A DNA stretch of 64,000 nucleotides from Turneriella sp. (GCA_965279515.1 CBDIID010000003.1:544001-608000), one strand, 5' to 3'. Positions 1-11,666 are shown, numbered from the stretch's first letter. The notes: generated by a model from the sequence alone, not told the origin. Numbers and translations are program-made.

Positions 1-1522
1 CATTGCGGATGATCCCCAGACCCAGCCCTGTGCCTTCGCCCGGAGCCTTGGTCGTGAAGAACGGGTCGAAGATCTTATTTTGCAGATCCTGCGGTATGCC
101 CGGGCCCGAGTCCTGGAGCGTGATCAGTACATAGCGGTTTTCTTTTTTGTTACCCAGCGCTTCCTCGAGCTTATTGTCATCCTGCACATTCTTGGCGTCG
201 AGCACCGCGTCGATCGAACGCTCACGGATATAGATGTCGATGTTCCCCTTTCCCTCCATCGCATGCACTGAGTTGACAATCAAATTGCTGTAAATCTGGT
301 TGAGCTCGCCTGGATTGCAGGTGATCTTGGAAACATCCTCAAAATGCCGGTTAACCTGAACGCCGTGTTTCATCTGGTTATGGAAGACGGTAATGGTATT
401 TTCTACACCATCGCGCACATCGATATTCTCGGCCTCTGCCTGGTCGCGGTGCGAATAGTGTTTGAGAGCCTTTACAATACTCAGGATCGATGACAGCGCA
501 AACCGCATGTTGCGCATGTTCTTGTCGATATTGACGAGCGCGCGGAAAATCTGGAATTCCTGGTCAGAAGCCGTGGCGGCAACATGGATGACGGCTTCAT
601 CGTCATGCAGCCCCAGATCGAGCAGGAAATCCGCGCGGGCGCGCGCATCGTTTTCCGTCAGGCTACCCGAAGCCAGCTTCTGTACGAGCTTTCGCCCCAT
701 GGAAAATTTATCCGTGGCGCTCAGCGTGGGCGTGTCTTTGCGCTCGCGCACGCGCGAGGCTTCGGTTAAGAGCCGGCGCATCGGTTCCGGCGGAATGCGA
801 TCCTGCACAATCTCACCGATGATGAGCTGCAGGTTGTTATTCAAATTTTCCGTCGCGCCGTTTACAATCGACGTCGGCGTGTTGATCTCATGAGCGATGC
901 CGGCGACCATCACCCCTAAACTCGCCATTTTTTCCTGCTGGATCAGCTGCGCCTGCGCGTTCTGCAGTTCGCTGGTACGTTCCTTGACCTTTTCTTCAAG
1001 GTGGTAAAGCATCGCATGCAGGCGTTCATAGAGCGCGGCGTTTGAGAGAGATACCGTGGTGATATCGCGGATCTCCAAAAGGAAGCGGAGCTCTTTTTTG
1101 GTATAGGGACGGCCGCCTTCACGGCCTACCAGGTACAGAAGCGCCAGTACCGATTTATTGAGGTTAAATGGTACGAGAATTTCGGCGCCTGTCGTATTAA
1201 AAAAATCCAGCGCCGCCTCGCGCACACCGGTAAACTTTTTACTGTGCTCAAAATCATGGCGGCTGAAGATACGGTCCTGGTCGCCGAGCCAGAGCATAAA
1301 ATCGTCGAAGATACGAAATTTCAGTTTTTCGCTGCGATCGGCGGGCTTTACGGGAATGAAAGCCCCCGCGGCATCGTTCCAGTAGAGCACGATCGAACTC
1401 GTATCGGTAAAGATTTCATCGATCAGCTCTTGCACCCGCGCGATCGCGTCTTCGATATTCAGGAGCGAGATAATGCTCTTCTGGTACTGGCGGCGTTTAA
1501 GCGAAAGCGAGCTGTTTCTCAT
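1..1522 (-). CDS. GAF-domain sensor histidine kinase (NtrB-like HisKA/HATPase); 3' end runs off the window
   Basis: Translated by hand from ATG at 1522 (absent from the ORF track). GAF-like N-terminus, coiled coil [29 protein letters not shown]-box [12 protein letters not shown]2 boxes [18 protein letters not shown]. Confidence 0.9.
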   Translation of the reverse strand, partial: MRNSSLSLKRRQYQKSIISLLNIEDAIARVQELIDEIFTDTSSIVLYWNDAAGAFIPVKPADRSEKLKFRIFDDFMLWLGDQDRIFSRHDFEHSKKFTGVREAALDFFNTTGAEILVPFNLNKSVLALLYLVGREGGRPYTKKELRFLLEIRDITTVSLSNAALYERLHAMLYHLEEKVKERTSELQNAQAQLIQQEKMASLGVMVAGIAHEINTPTSIVNGATENLNNNLQLIIGEIVQDRIPPEPMRRLLTEASRVRERKDTPTLSATDKFSMGRKLVQKLASGSLTENDARARADFLLDLGLHDDEAVIHVAATASDQEFQIFRALVNIDKNMRNMRFALSSILSIVKALKHYSHRDQAEAENIDVRDGVENTITVFHNQMKHGVQVNRHFEDVSKITCNPGELNQIYSNLIVNSVHAMEGKGNIDIYIRERSIDAVLDAKNVQDDNKLEEALGNKKENRYVLITLQDSGPGIPQDLQNKIFDPFFTTKAPGEGTGLGLGIIRN

Positions 1523-1560
1523 AAGTTTTTGCGGTTTCTCACCGCTAAGCTGCGGCGGCC

Positions 1561-2424
1561 TCAGGACTTCTTGAGCTTCTTCGCTTCGAGTGCTGCGGAA
1601 AGGCGTTCCAGCGTTTCAAACGCTTTCGTCGGGTCGCCGTCGAAAAACTGCAATAGCGAGAGATCGAGCATGTCCTTGGCCGTCTTGCGCTCTTTGACCT
1701 CGATTGTCTCTCTCTTTTTATGAATCGTCTTCTTCTTCTCTTGCGGCACCTGCTCCCTAAGTGTCGCATAAAAAGCCTTGAGTTCGGGGTCACGTGCCGC
1801 GAGCTTTTTGAAGCCGACACTCGCCTGCCTGAGGTCACCACCCGAGAGGTTGATCTTCGCCGACAGGCCCAAAAGAACCTTGTCATCCGGATTTTTACTG
1901 AGCAGGATATTCACCGCCCGAAGGGCGAGCTCGGGACGATCGGTATGGAAATACAGCAGCGCCAGGGCTGTCTGCGCCTGAACATTCTGGGGATCTATTT
2001 TAAGCGCGTTGCGTATCGATATTTCAGACTTGTCGTTGCGCCCGGTTTTCCCGAAAACATAGCCCAGGAGCAGATGCGCGTTGAGATAGCGCGAGTCGAG
2101 TTTCAGGACAGATTTGAGAGCTTTTTCCGCCGCGCTGAAATCGCCCTTCTTGTAGTATTCTACCGAGAGGTTATAGTGAGCCCGGACATCGTTTTTCGAA
2201 ACAAGGGCACGTTGGTAGCAGACAATCGCCTTATCACCCCGCCCCTGTCGCGTATATATCGCTCCTGCGTTCAGCCATGCATCGAAAAAATTCTGGTCGA
2301 TCTGCAATGCCATTTTGTATTTCTCCAGAGCGGCTTTGATATCACCTTTTTTTTCGGCCGCCAGCGCTTGCTCGAAAAGCAGGTTGCGCGAACCCTTCGT
2401 ACGTGCATTTTGCTTTTCGGACAT
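1561..2424 (-). CDS. Tetratricopeptide-repeat protein
   Basis: Tandem TPR-like repeats ([27 protein letters not shown]); SD-like AAGGAAG before the ATG. Confidence 0.85.
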   Translation of the reverse strand: MSEKQNARTKGSRNLLFEQALAAEKKGDIKAALEKYKMALQIDQNFFDAWLNAGAIYTRQGRGDKAIVCYQRALVSKNDVRAHYNLSVEYYKKGDFSAAEKALKSVLKLDSRYLNAHLLLGYVFGKTGRNDKSEISIRNALKIDPQNVQAQTALALLYFHTDRPELALRAVNILLSKNPDDKVLLGLSAKINLSGGDLRQASVGFKKLAARDPELKAFYATLREQVPQEKKKTIHKKRETIEVKERKTAKDMLDLSLLQFFDGDPTKAFETLERLSAALEAKKLKKS

Positions 2425-2543
2425 TCTTCCTTATAATTTCGGCTGATTTTACCGTTTTCGCGGAGCAAAAAAATCCATGCCACCTGAGACCTCAGCCCGC
2501 TTTAGTGATTTACCCGATGCCTCGCGTTCCGGCTCCTCCGTCC

Positions 2544-3743
2544 ATGCCACTACCCTCGATTGAGCAGGTTGACGTTTCCGGAAAGAAAATCCTGCTGCGC
2601 GTCGATTTTAACGTACCGCTCGATAAGGCCACGGGTGCTATCAGCGACGATACGCGCATGGTCAAAAGCCTGCCCACTATTGAACTTTTGCTCTCGCGCG
2701 GCGCGGCGCTCGTCATCGTTTCACACCTCGGCCGCCCCGAGCGCAAGGGTGACCCTGCGCTTTCGCTGAAAAACGTCGCCGCCCATCTCGGCAAACTTTT
2801 GCCCGGCCGAACTGTCCACTTTGCCTCAGAAGCCGTCGGATCTATCCCTGAGGAACTCGCATCAAAACTCAAGGCCGGTGAAATCCTGGTTCTCGAAAAC
2901 ATCCGCTACTACGACGAAGAGACTTCTAAAGAAGAAAAAGTGCGCATGGATTTCGCCAAGAAGCTCTGTAAGCTCGCTGATATTTACGTCAATGACGCCT
3001 TTGGCGCTGCACACCGCGCGCATGCATCGATCTATGAGTGCGCGAAAATTCTGCCCGGTTATGCAGGCCTGCTTCTCAAGAAAGAAATCGATGTGCTCGA
3101 ACGCCTGATTACGAACCCGGCGCGGCCGTTTGTCGCCGTGATTGGCGGCTCGAAGGTCTCTTCAAAACTTGCCGTCCTCGAAAACCTCGTGCTCAAGGCT
3201 GACAGCATTCTCATCGGTGGCGCCATGGCATATACGTTTCTCAAATCACGCCTGATCGAGGTCGGTACCTCGCTCGTGGAAAAAGAGTATTTAAGCCAGG
3301 CCTTCCAGATCATCGACAAGGCATCGTATAATAAGCATGAGCTGGTTTTGCCCGAAGACCATATTGTCTCGTCAGAATTTGGCGAAAAAGGCAAAATCAA
3401 GACCGTGAAACGCTCTATCCCCGAAGGCTTTATGGGCATGGATATCGGCCCAAAAACGGCCGATCACTATGCCAAGATTATCAAGAACGCTAAAACCGTA
3501 CTTTGGAATGGCCCGATGGGGGTCTTCGAAATGAAGAAGTTTTCTGCCGGTACCTATGCCATTGCCAAGGCCATGGCGAAGGTCAAGGGCTCGACGATTG
3601 TGGGTGGCGGCGATTCAATCTTCGCCCTCAGCCAATCGGGCCTCGAAGACAAGATGACGCATGTTTCGACCGGCGGCGGCGCGACGCTCGAATACCTCGA
3701 AGGCAAAAAGCTCCCGGGCGTTGTCGCTCTGCAGAAACCGTAA
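2544..3743 (+). CDS. pgk: Phosphoglycerate kinase
   Basis: [35 protein letters not shown] and HVSTGGGA motifs. Start could be 2517. Confidence 0.97.
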   Translation: MPLPSIEQVDVSGKKILLRVDFNVPLDKATGAISDDTRMVKSLPTIELLLSRGAALVIVSHLGRPERKGDPALSLKNVAAHLGKLLPGRTVHFASEAVGSIPEELASKLKAGEILVLENIRYYDEETSKEEKVRMDFAKKLCKLADIYVNDAFGAAHRAHASIYECAKILPGYAGLLLKKEIDVLERLITNPARPFVAVIGGSKVSSKLAVLENLVLKADSILIGGAMAYTFLKSRLIEVGTSLVEKEYLSQAFQIIDKASYNKHELVLPEDHIVSSEFGEKGKIKTVKRSIPEGFMGMDIGPKTADHYAKIIKNAKTVLWNGPMGVFEMKKFSAGTYAIAKAMAKVKGSTIVGGGDSIFALSQSGLEDKMTHVSTGGGATLEYLEGKKLPGVVALQKP

Positions 3744-3758
3744 CATGACCGCTTTTCT

Positions 3759-4934
3759 ATGATCGATTGGTCACAGAAACTCTCCCCTGTCGTCCAGTCG
3801 CTGAAACCTTCGGGCATACGCGAATTTTTCGACATCGTCGCAACGCGTAAGGATTGTATCAGTCTCGGCGTCGGCGAACCCGATTTTGTCACGCCACAGA
3901 TCGTTATCGACCACGCGATTCAGGCACTGCGCGACGGGTATACGCATTACACAGGCAACGCAGGACTTCTGTCACTGCGCCGTGAAATTGCCAAATATCT
4001 CGAAAAAGAATACGGCCTCAGTTATAATCCTGAAAAAGAAATTCTGATCACGGTCGGCGTATCGCAGGCCGTCGATCTTGCCTTCCGTGCGCTACTGACA
4101 CAGGGTGATGGAGTGCTCTATCCCGAACCATGTTATGTATCGTATGATCCGATGATTCGGCTTGCGGGCGGTGTGCCGCAAAGAGTCAATGCAACGGCAG
4201 AGAATGATTTTTCCCCCAAAGCGAAGAGCATCCGCGAAGAGATTGATTCGGTTTCGGCAAAATCTAAAGTGCTGTTCCTCAATTATCCATCCAACCCGAC
4301 AGGGGCTTCGATCGGCAAGGAAGAGCTCCACAACATCGCGGCGCTTGCCACCGAAAAAAATCTGGTGGTTATCTCGGACGAAATTTACGGTGAACTCTCG
4401 TACGAAGAAAAACATATTCCATTCGCGACATTGCCTGGTATGCGCGAGCGCACGCTGCTCCTGGGCGGTTTCTCTAAGGCCTTTGCCATGACGGGCTGGC
4501 GCATCGGTTATGCCTGCGGCGATGAAAACCTCATCAAGGCGATGACGAAGATTCACCAGTATTCGATGTTATGCGCGCCGACGATCGGGCAGATCGCCGC
4601 CGAAACCGCGCTCAAATATGCGATCCCTGAGCGCGATAAAATGAAAGACGAATACCGCCTGCGCCGTAACCTGATCGTGAAGGGTTTTAATGAGATGGGG
4701 CTGAACTGTTTTATGCCGCAGGGCGCGTTCTACGTATTCCCGGATATCCGCTCGACGGGAAAAAACTCAATGCAGTTCGCAAAAGAGCTGCTCGAGGCGC
4801 AGAACGTCGCCGTTGTGCCCGGCACGGCTTTCGGCGATTCCGGCGAAGGGTTTATCCGCTGCTCGTATGCGACGGCGCGCCGTGAAATTGAAAGCGCGCT
4901 GACGAAAATCAGCGCGTTCGTGAAAAATAAATAA
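3759..4934 (+). CDS. PLP-dependent aminotransferase class I/II (aspartate aminotransferase-like)
   Basis: [21 protein letters not shown] and the PLP-lysine motif [14 protein letters not shown]. Confidence 0.93.
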   Translation: MIDWSQKLSPVVQSLKPSGIREFFDIVATRKDCISLGVGEPDFVTPQIVIDHAIQALRDGYTHYTGNAGLLSLRREIAKYLEKEYGLSYNPEKEILITVGVSQAVDLAFRALLTQGDGVLYPEPCYVSYDPMIRLAGGVPQRVNATAENDFSPKAKSIREEIDSVSAKSKVLFLNYPSNPTGASIGKEELHNIAALATEKNLVVISDEIYGELSYEEKHIPFATLPGMRERTLLLGGFSKAFAMTGWRIGYACGDENLIKAMTKIHQYSMLCAPTIGQIAAETALKYAIPERDKMKDEYRLRRNLIVKGFNEMGLNCFMPQGAFYVFPDIRSTGKNSMQFAKELLEAQNVAVVPGTAFGDSGEGFIRCSYATARREIESALTKISAFVKNK

Positions 4935-4939
4935 GAGTT

Positions 4940-6082
4940 TTATGCCCGCGCGGTGCGCCGGAGCAGCTTCCATTCGATAGCGGTTTCTTCGACTGCTTCT
5001 TTTAAGCGCTCATAACGCGCCTGCATCAGCTCAAAGCGCGCCGCCGTTGCGCGCAGCGCATCGTCTTTAAGCTTATTGCGGATTTCATTCATAACCGAGG
5101 CGCGGCGTTTGAAGACGGCCATCGTTTCGTCGAGCTGCGAGAGAAAAGCCTGCTTGCGCTCCTCAGTCCATCCCCATTTTTCAAGTTTTGACAACGTTTC
5201 GCCCTTTTGCATCTGCATGCGGCGCTGTTTGATCGTCGCATCAGGCACGCGCTTCAGGCCCCAGGCGAGGTGCAGATACGACATGATTTTGATCGCCCAC
5301 TTGCCGGGATCGAACTGGTACCAGCGCACGCCGTTGCGGTAGTCGTTGGCAAATTCATGGTGGAAATTGTGATAGCCCTCGCCCCATGTCAAAAACGCTG
5401 TAATTGCATTATCGCGTGCCGTATGCTTGTCGCTGTAGGGCTGCGAGCCGGCAAAATGGCAGAGTGAATTGATCAGAAACGTCGAGTGGTGTGTGAAGAC
5501 GAGACGCAGAAACCCGGCGATGAGAAATCCGCCGAGGGCGTCGCCCCAAAAGATACCGGCAATTGCCGTCGGTAGGGCGAAATTCATGAAGATTGCCAGC
5601 GGCATAAAATACCGGTGCTGAAAGAAGACAAATTTGTCGCGCCACAGGTCAGCGTTGTGTGACGGGCGCCAGTCGCGCGGGCGCGTGTGAAAAATCCAGA
5701 GCATGTGTGCGAACCAAAAACCCTTTTTGATGCTGTAGGGATCTTTATCGCGGTCGACAAATTTGTGGTGTGCGCGGTGGTCGATACTCCATTCTAGCGC
5801 CGAGCCCTGCAAACCCAGAAGTCCCACAATCAGCAACCAGACCCGTATAGGTAGCGAGGCTTCATAAGAGCGGTGTGAAAACAGCCGGTGGTAGCCGGCC
5901 GTGGTGGCCATACCTGCAACGAGCGCGATGGCCCCCGCGAGAATCAGCGTGGCGCCGGACAAGGTGCCGGTGCTTAGGAAATAAGCAAGCCCCAGGCCGC
6001 CGATGATGGGCGACAGGGCCAGAAACAATATGGATACCCATTGGGTACGGCCCGGTTGGGGGCGCTTGAATGCGAGCTTCAT
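4940..6082 (-). CDS. Delta-9-type acyl-CoA (fatty acid) desaturase
   Basis: His boxes HRLFSH, HRAHH and HNFHH, the GEGYHN motif and TM helices. Start taken at MKLAFK. Confidence 0.92.
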   Translation of the reverse strand: MKLAFKRPQPGRTQWVSILFLALSPIIGGLGLAYFLSTGTLSGATLILAGAIALVAGMATTAGYHRLFSHRSYEASLPIRVWLLIVGLLGLQGSALEWSIDHRAHHKFVDRDKDPYSIKKGFWFAHMLWIFHTRPRDWRPSHNADLWRDKFVFFQHRYFMPLAIFMNFALPTAIAGIFWGDALGGFLIAGFLRLVFTHHSTFLINSLCHFAGSQPYSDKHTARDNAITAFLTWGEGYHNFHHEFANDYRNGVRWYQFDPGKWAIKIMSYLHLAWGLKRVPDATIKQRRMQMQKGETLSKLEKWGWTEERKQAFLSQLDETMAVFKRRASVMNEIRNKLKDDALRATAARFELMQARYERLKEAVEETAIEWKLLRRTARA

Positions 6083-6160
6083 ATATGTTAGAGACAAAAC
6101 GATGTCCAAGGTTGCAAAAAACTCGGTTTACGAGTCAGCAAACACGCTGTTTATGCTGGG

Positions 6161-7798
6161 GTGCCCACCACAATACCCGAGGCCCTCGCCGAAACAGTCA
6201 GGGACTTTGCTGACAAGACTGCCTTCACCTTCATCGACCGCTCGTTCAGCTACCGCGAATATAATCAGCTGAGTAACCGCGTCGCGCATGGCCTTGTCAT
6301 TCGCGGGCTCAGGGCGGGCGACCGGGTGGCCATCCATCTGCCCAACCTGCCACAATATCTGGTCTTCATGATGGGTGCGCTCAAAGTGGGATGTATCATT
6401 TCGGGGCTCTCTCCACTCGCCACGGCGCGCGAGATCGAAATACAGCTGAAGGATCTCGAAGCCGCCGCGCTTATCAGTTTCGACGACGTATACACTAAAG
6501 AGGTACAGGCGATTGCGGCATCGTTACCGTCGCTCAAAGCTATCGTTGTCACACGCCCCCTGGATCTCATGCCGCTTCCGATCCAGTTTTTTGCCCGTCT
6601 TCTCGGCAAAGTGCCTCACCCGGCGATCTCCTTCGGCAATGCCCGCGAAGTCTGGTTCGACGAATTCATGCGGGGGCAATCCACAAGCGATGTCACAGCC
6701 CACGGCCAGGGCAACGATACCGCGGCGATTCAATACACCGGCGGCACCACCGGCCGCAGCAAGGGCGCGATGCTGACGCATAATAACCTGCTGAGCAATA
6801 TCAGGCAGTCGATTGCCGTGACAGAGCCCGAGATCGGAAATGAGACAGGCCTCTCGATTCTACCGTTTTTTCATATTGCGGGCCTGACAGCGGCCCTGAA
6901 CACCATCGTGATCGGCGGCGCCTGGTTGCTCATACCCAACCCGCGCGACCTCGATTTTATCGTGCGGCAGCTCAAAAAATACCGGCCGAGCCTGATCTTT
7001 GCTGTGCCGCTGCTGTACGAGAAATTGCTGGCAAGAGAAGATTTCCGGCAGCTCGATTTCAGCTCGCTGAAGTTCGCCATGTCGGGCGCGGCGCCGATGA
7101 GCGACGCTCTCAAAGAGGCGCTCGAGGCGGTTATCAGGGTTTCTGTGCTCGAGGGTTATGGTATGACGGAGGCATCGCCGGGAATTACGATTAATTATCC
7201 CGGGCGGGCAAAACCGAATACCGTGGGCCAGGCTCTGCCCGGGACAGAGGTAAAAATTATTGCGGTGGATGGTAATACAGAGCTCGGCCCGGGAGCAGAA
7301 GGCCAGCTGATCGTTTCAGGCCCCCAGGTCATGGCGGGCTATTGGAACAATGAAGCGGAGACAAAACAGGTATTACAAAACCGCGACGGCAAGACGTGGC
7401 TGTTGACCGGCGACGTCGCGCGCATCGATCCCGACGGTTACATTACCATCGTCGACCGCATTAAAGACATGATCAACGTGGGCGGCTATAAAGTCTATTC
7501 GGTCGAAGTTGAGGCGATTATTTCCCAGCACCCGGCTGTCGCCTGTTGCGCCGTACTCGCCGAGGCAGACGCGCATAAATCCACAGAAAACGTAAGACTC
7601 ATTGTTCAGAAATCGGCAGAGTATGCCACACGGAGCGAGGCTGATTTGCAGGAAGACATCCTGCAATTTTGCCGCGAAAAACTTGCACCTTACAAGGTGC
7701 CCCGGATTGTTACATTTGTTGCAGCAATTCCATTGACGCCGATCGGCAAAGTCGATAAAAAGACGCTCAGGGCGCAACTCAGCCATGAAAAGATCTAA
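6161..7798 (+). CDS. fadD: Long-chain fatty acid-CoA ligase
   Basis: AMP-binding motif YTGGTTGRSKG, plus EGYGMTE, TGD and C-terminal GKVDK. Confidence 0.88.
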   Translation: MPTTIPEALAETVRDFADKTAFTFIDRSFSYREYNQLSNRVAHGLVIRGLRAGDRVAIHLPNLPQYLVFMMGALKVGCIISGLSPLATAREIEIQLKDLEAAALISFDDVYTKEVQAIAASLPSLKAIVVTRPLDLMPLPIQFFARLLGKVPHPAISFGNAREVWFDEFMRGQSTSDVTAHGQGNDTAAIQYTGGTTGRSKGAMLTHNNLLSNIRQSIAVTEPEIGNETGLSILPFFHIAGLTAALNTIVIGGAWLLIPNPRDLDFIVRQLKKYRPSLIFAVPLLYEKLLAREDFRQLDFSSLKFAMSGAAPMSDALKEALEAVIRVSVLEGYGMTEASPGITINYPGRAKPNTVGQALPGTEVKIIAVDGNTELGPGAEGQLIVSGPQVMAGYWNNEAETKQVLQNRDGKTWLLTGDVARIDPDGYITIVDRIKDMINVGGYKVYSVEVEAIISQHPAVACCAVLAEADAHKSTENVRLIVQKSAEYATRSEADLQEDILQFCREKLAPYKVPRIVTFVAAIPLTPIGKVDKKTLRAQLSHEKI

Positions 7799-8825
7799 GA
7801 AAATCGCCTTCCTGCTCGTCATTCAGATGCCGGTTCAGATCGCCGCGGGCTACTGGATGGGTTTCAATTATTTCTCCCTGCTCATGGTCTTCGTGGCCAT
7901 ACCGATCGCCGATCAGATCCTGGGTCATGACACAAGCAATCCCCACCCCAGCCAAACGGCGAAACTTAGCCGTGACTGGTTTTTCCTGATCATGCCTGTG
8001 CTTTGGGTACCATGCCAGATCGCGATCTTAGTCTGGGGAGCTATGGTCATTCAATCTGACCTGCTACCGCTCTGGCAAAAGATCGGCCTCGGTTTTTCGA
8101 TCGCCGTCATGACGGGTTCGGGCATCATCATCGCCCACGAATTCGGCCACCGCAACAGTTCATGGGAAAGACTCATGGCGAAAATTCTGCTCGCGACCGT
8201 CTGTTACATGCATTTTATCATTGAACATAACCACGGTCACCATGTACGCGTAGCCACACCAGACGACCCGTCTTCTGCCCGCGTTGGTGAGAACTTCTAC
8301 AGGTTCTGGCTGCGCTCAGTGGGCGGCAGCTACATAAGCGCCTGGCGGCTCGAGCTCGCGCGGCTGCGACAGAAAAACTATTCGGTATCGGGATGGCATA
8401 ACCAGATGCTGTGGTTTTTAGCCATGCCGATTGCCATCGCCGCAGCCTGTTACTTTCTCATCGGACCGTATGCGCTGGTCTTCTTTCTCGCGCAAAGTTT
8501 CTTCGCCTTCAGCATGCTCGAACTGATCAACTATATTGAGCACTATGGACTGCAGCGGAAGAAAACGCCGCAGGGCGAATACGAACTCGTCTCCGTGCGC
8601 CATTCCTGGAATGCGAACCAGTTGCTCTCCAATCTCTATATGATCCACCTCGAGCGCCATTCAGACCACCACCACAATCCCTTGCTGCGCTACCAACTGC
8701 TGAAACACCGCGATGAGAGTCCGCAATTGCCGGGCGGCTACGGGGCCATGTTTCCCCTGGCGCTTGTGCCGCCGTTGTGGTTTCGAATTATCGATCCGCT
8801 GGTAGAGAAATACCGGCAGAGCTAG
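7785..8825 (+). CDS. alkB: Alkane 1-monooxygenase (AlkB family di-iron membrane hydroxylase)
   Basis: AlkB His boxes HEFGH, EHNHGHH, NYIEHYG (HYG motif) and LERHSDHH. Overlaps the fadD stop. Confidence 0.9.
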   Translation: MKRSKKIAFLLVIQMPVQIAAGYWMGFNYFSLLMVFVAIPIADQILGHDTSNPHPSQTAKLSRDWFFLIMPVLWVPCQIAILVWGAMVIQSDLLPLWQKIGLGFSIAVMTGSGIIIAHEFGHRNSSWERLMAKILLATVCYMHFIIEHNHGHHVRVATPDDPSSARVGENFYRFWLRSVGGSYISAWRLELARLRQKNYSVSGWHNQMLWFLAMPIAIAAACYFLIGPYALVFFLAQSFFAFSMLELINYIEHYGLQRKKTPQGEYELVSVRHSWNANQLLSNLYMIHLERHSDHHHNPLLRYQLLKHRDESPQLPGGYGAMFPLALVPPLWFRIIDPLVEKYRQS

Positions 8826-9534
8826 CCAGAGATTCCGGATCGAGGCGTACCGCGGGAACTCCCCCCCAGGTTTCGCCCGCCGCGATACGCGTCTTGGGCA
8901 ATACCACCGAATTGGGTAAAACACGTGCACCTGCACCGATCACCACATCGCCCATCACAGTTGCCCGCAGGCCAATCGTTGTGCCGCTGCCAATACGCAC
9001 AGGCGCGACGATGAGGTACCCTGCCTGGGCATAGTGGGCAACGATCACGGCTGACCCTCCAATGGTTACGTGATCGCCGATCTCAATCATCGCCGGGTCA
9101 GAGATATGCGTGGTGTTAATAAAAACACCGTCGCCGATTTTCATTCCCATCAGCGCATAAAATATATTACTAAACGGTGTCGGCGTTACGAATTCGAGAA
9201 AAGAATAGCGCACCAGGTAAAGCAGGGCGTTACTAAAATACCAACGCAGCGCCTCGGCTGAAAAATACGTGCCCCGGTATTCGCGCGCATAAGCGCGCAA
9301 AACGAAGCAGGCGGCGGGAATAATCAGCATCAGGCTGAAGCCGTAGGCAAAGAAGGCCGCTGCGATTCCCACCCCGACCGCAAGATATTGCGCTAAGGGT
9401 GCCCAACCGTGAGCGGTTTCGGCGATGCAACGAAACACGATCACTGCCGGTGTCAGAGCGAGGCCGAGTAAAACGATAAAGATTGCGGCCAGCGGTAGCA
9501 GCGCCAGCCCTTGCACTAAAAGCTTCAGAATCAC
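8788..9534 (-). CDS. Membrane-anchored hexapeptide-repeat (left-handed beta-helix) acyltransferase-like protein
   Basis: Two to three TM segments, then GMKIGDGVFI, IEIGDHVTIG, VRIGSGTTIG and a terminal WGGVPA. Confidence 0.8.
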   Translation of the reverse strand: MILKLLVQGLALLPLAAIFIVLLGLALTPAVIVFRCIAETAHGWAPLAQYLAVGVGIAAAFFAYGFSLMLIIPAACFVLRAYAREYRGTYFSAEALRWYFSNALLYLVRYSFLEFVTPTPFSNIFYALMGMKIGDGVFINTTHISDPAMIEIGDHVTIGGSAVIVAHYAQAGYLIVAPVRIGSGTTIGLRATVMGDVVIGAGARVLPNSVVLPKTRIAAGETWGGVPAVRLDPESLASSAGISLPADR

Positions 9535-9619
9535 ATCAACTCTGGATTGACGGTTTTTCGCGCCGTAAAGCCCGATTTAAAAGCGCATGACCAAGTACTG
9601 TACACTCAAACACAGGCCT

Positions 9620-10471
9620 ATGCGGCGCATTCAACAGCTGGTCGTCCTCATCGCAGTCACCCTGCTCTTTTCGTATTGTATTAAGGCCTTCAGTAAGATC
9701 GCATATAAGAACCTGCTGCCACAGATTATCCTGCAACGCATCGACTCTTTTTTTGACCTGAATTCCACGCAGGAAAGATACCTGAAAGAGCGGATTGCGA
9801 TCCACCATAAATGGCACCGCGAAACTCAACTGAAACTCTACCTTGCGGATCTCAGGGAACTACGCGGACGCTTTTCACGCAGTCTCACCGATGCCGATCT
9901 CGATTGGCTCATGGTGCGTATGAAGCTGCACCGCAACGCGATCTTCATGCGTATCATTCCCGACTTGGTCAATGTACTCCAGACACTTTCGGACGATCAG
10001 ATCGCTTATCTGGAAAAAAAACTCGCAAAAGAGAACAAAGAGCTCGAACAAAAACTGGCACGGCCGCTGGCCGTGCGTCAGAAAGAAGAATTTGCCACAA
10101 TCGTGAAGCAGGTCGAAGAATGGGCGGGCAGCCTCTCAGATGCCCAGCAAGAGCAGCTGCGTAAAAAGTATGCGGCGATACCGGCCAATGCCATCGAGTG
10201 GCTGCGCTACCGCGAAGAGCAGCAGGCAATCTGGATTACATTACTGCGCTCGAAACCCGACCACCAGCGCCTGAAAGAAGACCTCGAAGGCCGCATGGTC
10301 CATCAGGAACGCAATGTGCCGCCGCGCTTCAAGGCGAGCTTTACGCGCACCCTGACGCTGATGAAAGAAATGATACTGACCGCCGACCGGATTTTAACCC
10401 CTGAACAACGGACGCATGTTCTGGCCAAAGTAGACGAATATATTCAGCTGCTCGGCGAATTGGCGCAATAG
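9620..10471 (+). CDS. Putative helical lipoprotein (DUF6279-like)
   Basis: Spirochete-type lipobox LLFSYC. The motifs WHRETQLKLY, LSDDQI and WAGSLSDAQ resemble DUF6279 from memory. Confidence 0.65.
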   Translation: MRRIQQLVVLIAVTLLFSYCIKAFSKIAYKNLLPQIILQRIDSFFDLNSTQERYLKERIAIHHKWHRETQLKLYLADLRELRGRFSRSLTDADLDWLMVRMKLHRNAIFMRIIPDLVNVLQTLSDDQIAYLEKKLAKENKELEQKLARPLAVRQKEEFATIVKQVEEWAGSLSDAQQEQLRKKYAAIPANAIEWLRYREEQQAIWITLLRSKPDHQRLKEDLEGRMVHQERNVPPRFKASFTRTLTLMKEMILTADRILTPEQRTHVLAKVDEYIQLLGELAQ

Positions 10472-10473
10472 GG

Positions 10474-11658
10474 CTAGCGCCAAACCCGGATGACTTCGAG
10501 ATAGATAGCCTTCTGATCGCCCACGAGGCCTTTGAAGCGGCCGTAAATCTGAATCCCTCCGCCCGCCTTGCCTGGCTGGAGTTTTTCTTCCGGAATCGCC
10601 GCATTCTTAAAAGCATGAACACGGTACTCTTCGCCCGCTTCCCGGGCAATGAGCTGGTACTGGATGCCGCCATTTTCCTCAGCCCTGTCGCGTAGCTCCC
10701 CCGACAGAATCACAAGACTGTGGCGGCGCAGCACGACATTCTCAAACAGGTTTTTGAGTGAAATATTATCGCTGAAATCCGTGTAATCGACATCGGGAAT
10801 AAAGCCCAAAAAGGTGCGGGATTTTTCGCGCGTCTGGAAATCCGCATTGGAAGCAAGCAAGCGGTTGAGCAAGTACCGCGACTGGTTTACCTTACGCTCT
10901 TTGAGCAGCAGCTTCGCTTTTTCAAAATCGCCGATGATGCCTTCGCGCGTTTTGTAGGTGTAGAGGATTTTCGCCGGATCGGCCACCGGCATCACTGCCG
11001 CGGAATCGGCGACCTGCAGGTCGGGGGCAAGGATTTTGCGTTCGTTCAGATGCTGTCTTACCAGGATAAAAATCCCTGCAGCCGCAAAGACCAGGAAGCC
11101 CGCTATAAAAATGATGCGGTAAGGAAAGCCACGCAACGGATTTGCTCGCGGCTTCGGCCGCGGCCGCTTTTTCTCGGCATCGAACTGCCAGCCGCTCTCG
11201 CGCGGTGCAGTTGCCGGCGTGGCTTTGCTTTTCTGCGGTGATAAACGGATCGGCGGCGGCAGTTCGGGCGGCAAAACAATGAAATCCGCGACGCGGAATT
11301 CCACATCGTTTAGCTCTTTTACTTTTCTGAATTTTTTGACCAGCGACTGCGCCAACCAGCCTTCGCTGTCGTCGGCGATTTCGAGATAGTGCCAGAGCGC
11401 CTTTTCGATGTCGCGCTGCAGCAGCGAATAATAGGCTTTTAAATAATGGAGATAGACATTTTGGGTGTCAAAATTATCGAGCTCAGCCAGGTATTTTTCA
11501 AATTCTTTTAGATCCGGCTGAAACGCAGAACTAACCGCAGCCAGGTAGTAGGCCCAAAAACTCTGGGGTTCTTCGGCAATGATTTCGAGCGCAGCGTCCC
11601 GCGCCTCCACAAAAAGCCCGCGGCGGAATAGTTCGAACGCCGCCGCGAGAGGGGTCAC
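10474..11658 (-). CDS. Hypothetical membrane protein with N-terminal TPR-like helices
   Basis: 394-aa ORF with helical repeats, a Pro-rich linker, one TM segment and a possible OB-like C-terminus. Confidence 0.7.
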   Translation of the reverse strand: MTPLAAAFELFRRGLFVEARDAALEIIAEEPQSFWAYYLAAVSSAFQPDLKEFEKYLAELDNFDTQNVYLHYLKAYYSLLQRDIEKALWHYLEIADDSEGWLAQSLVKKFRKVKELNDVEFRVADFIVLPPELPPPIRLSPQKSKATPATAPRESGWQFDAEKKRPRPKPRANPLRGFPYRIIFIAGFLVFAAAGIFILVRQHLNERKILAPDLQVADSAAVMPVADPAKILYTYKTREGIIGDFEKAKLLLKERKVNQSRYLLNRLLASNADFQTREKSRTFLGFIPDVDYTDFSDNISLKNLFENVVLRRHSLVILSGELRDRAEENGGIQYQLIAREAGEEYRVHAFKNAAIPEEKLQPGKAGGGIQIYGRFKGLVGDQKAIYLEVIRVWR

Positions 11659-11666
11659 ATTAACTT

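Noticed and set aside
80..1723. Plus-strand ORFs in the first 1.7 kb
   Set aside because: They are antisense shadows of the minus-strand histidine kinase and TPR genes.
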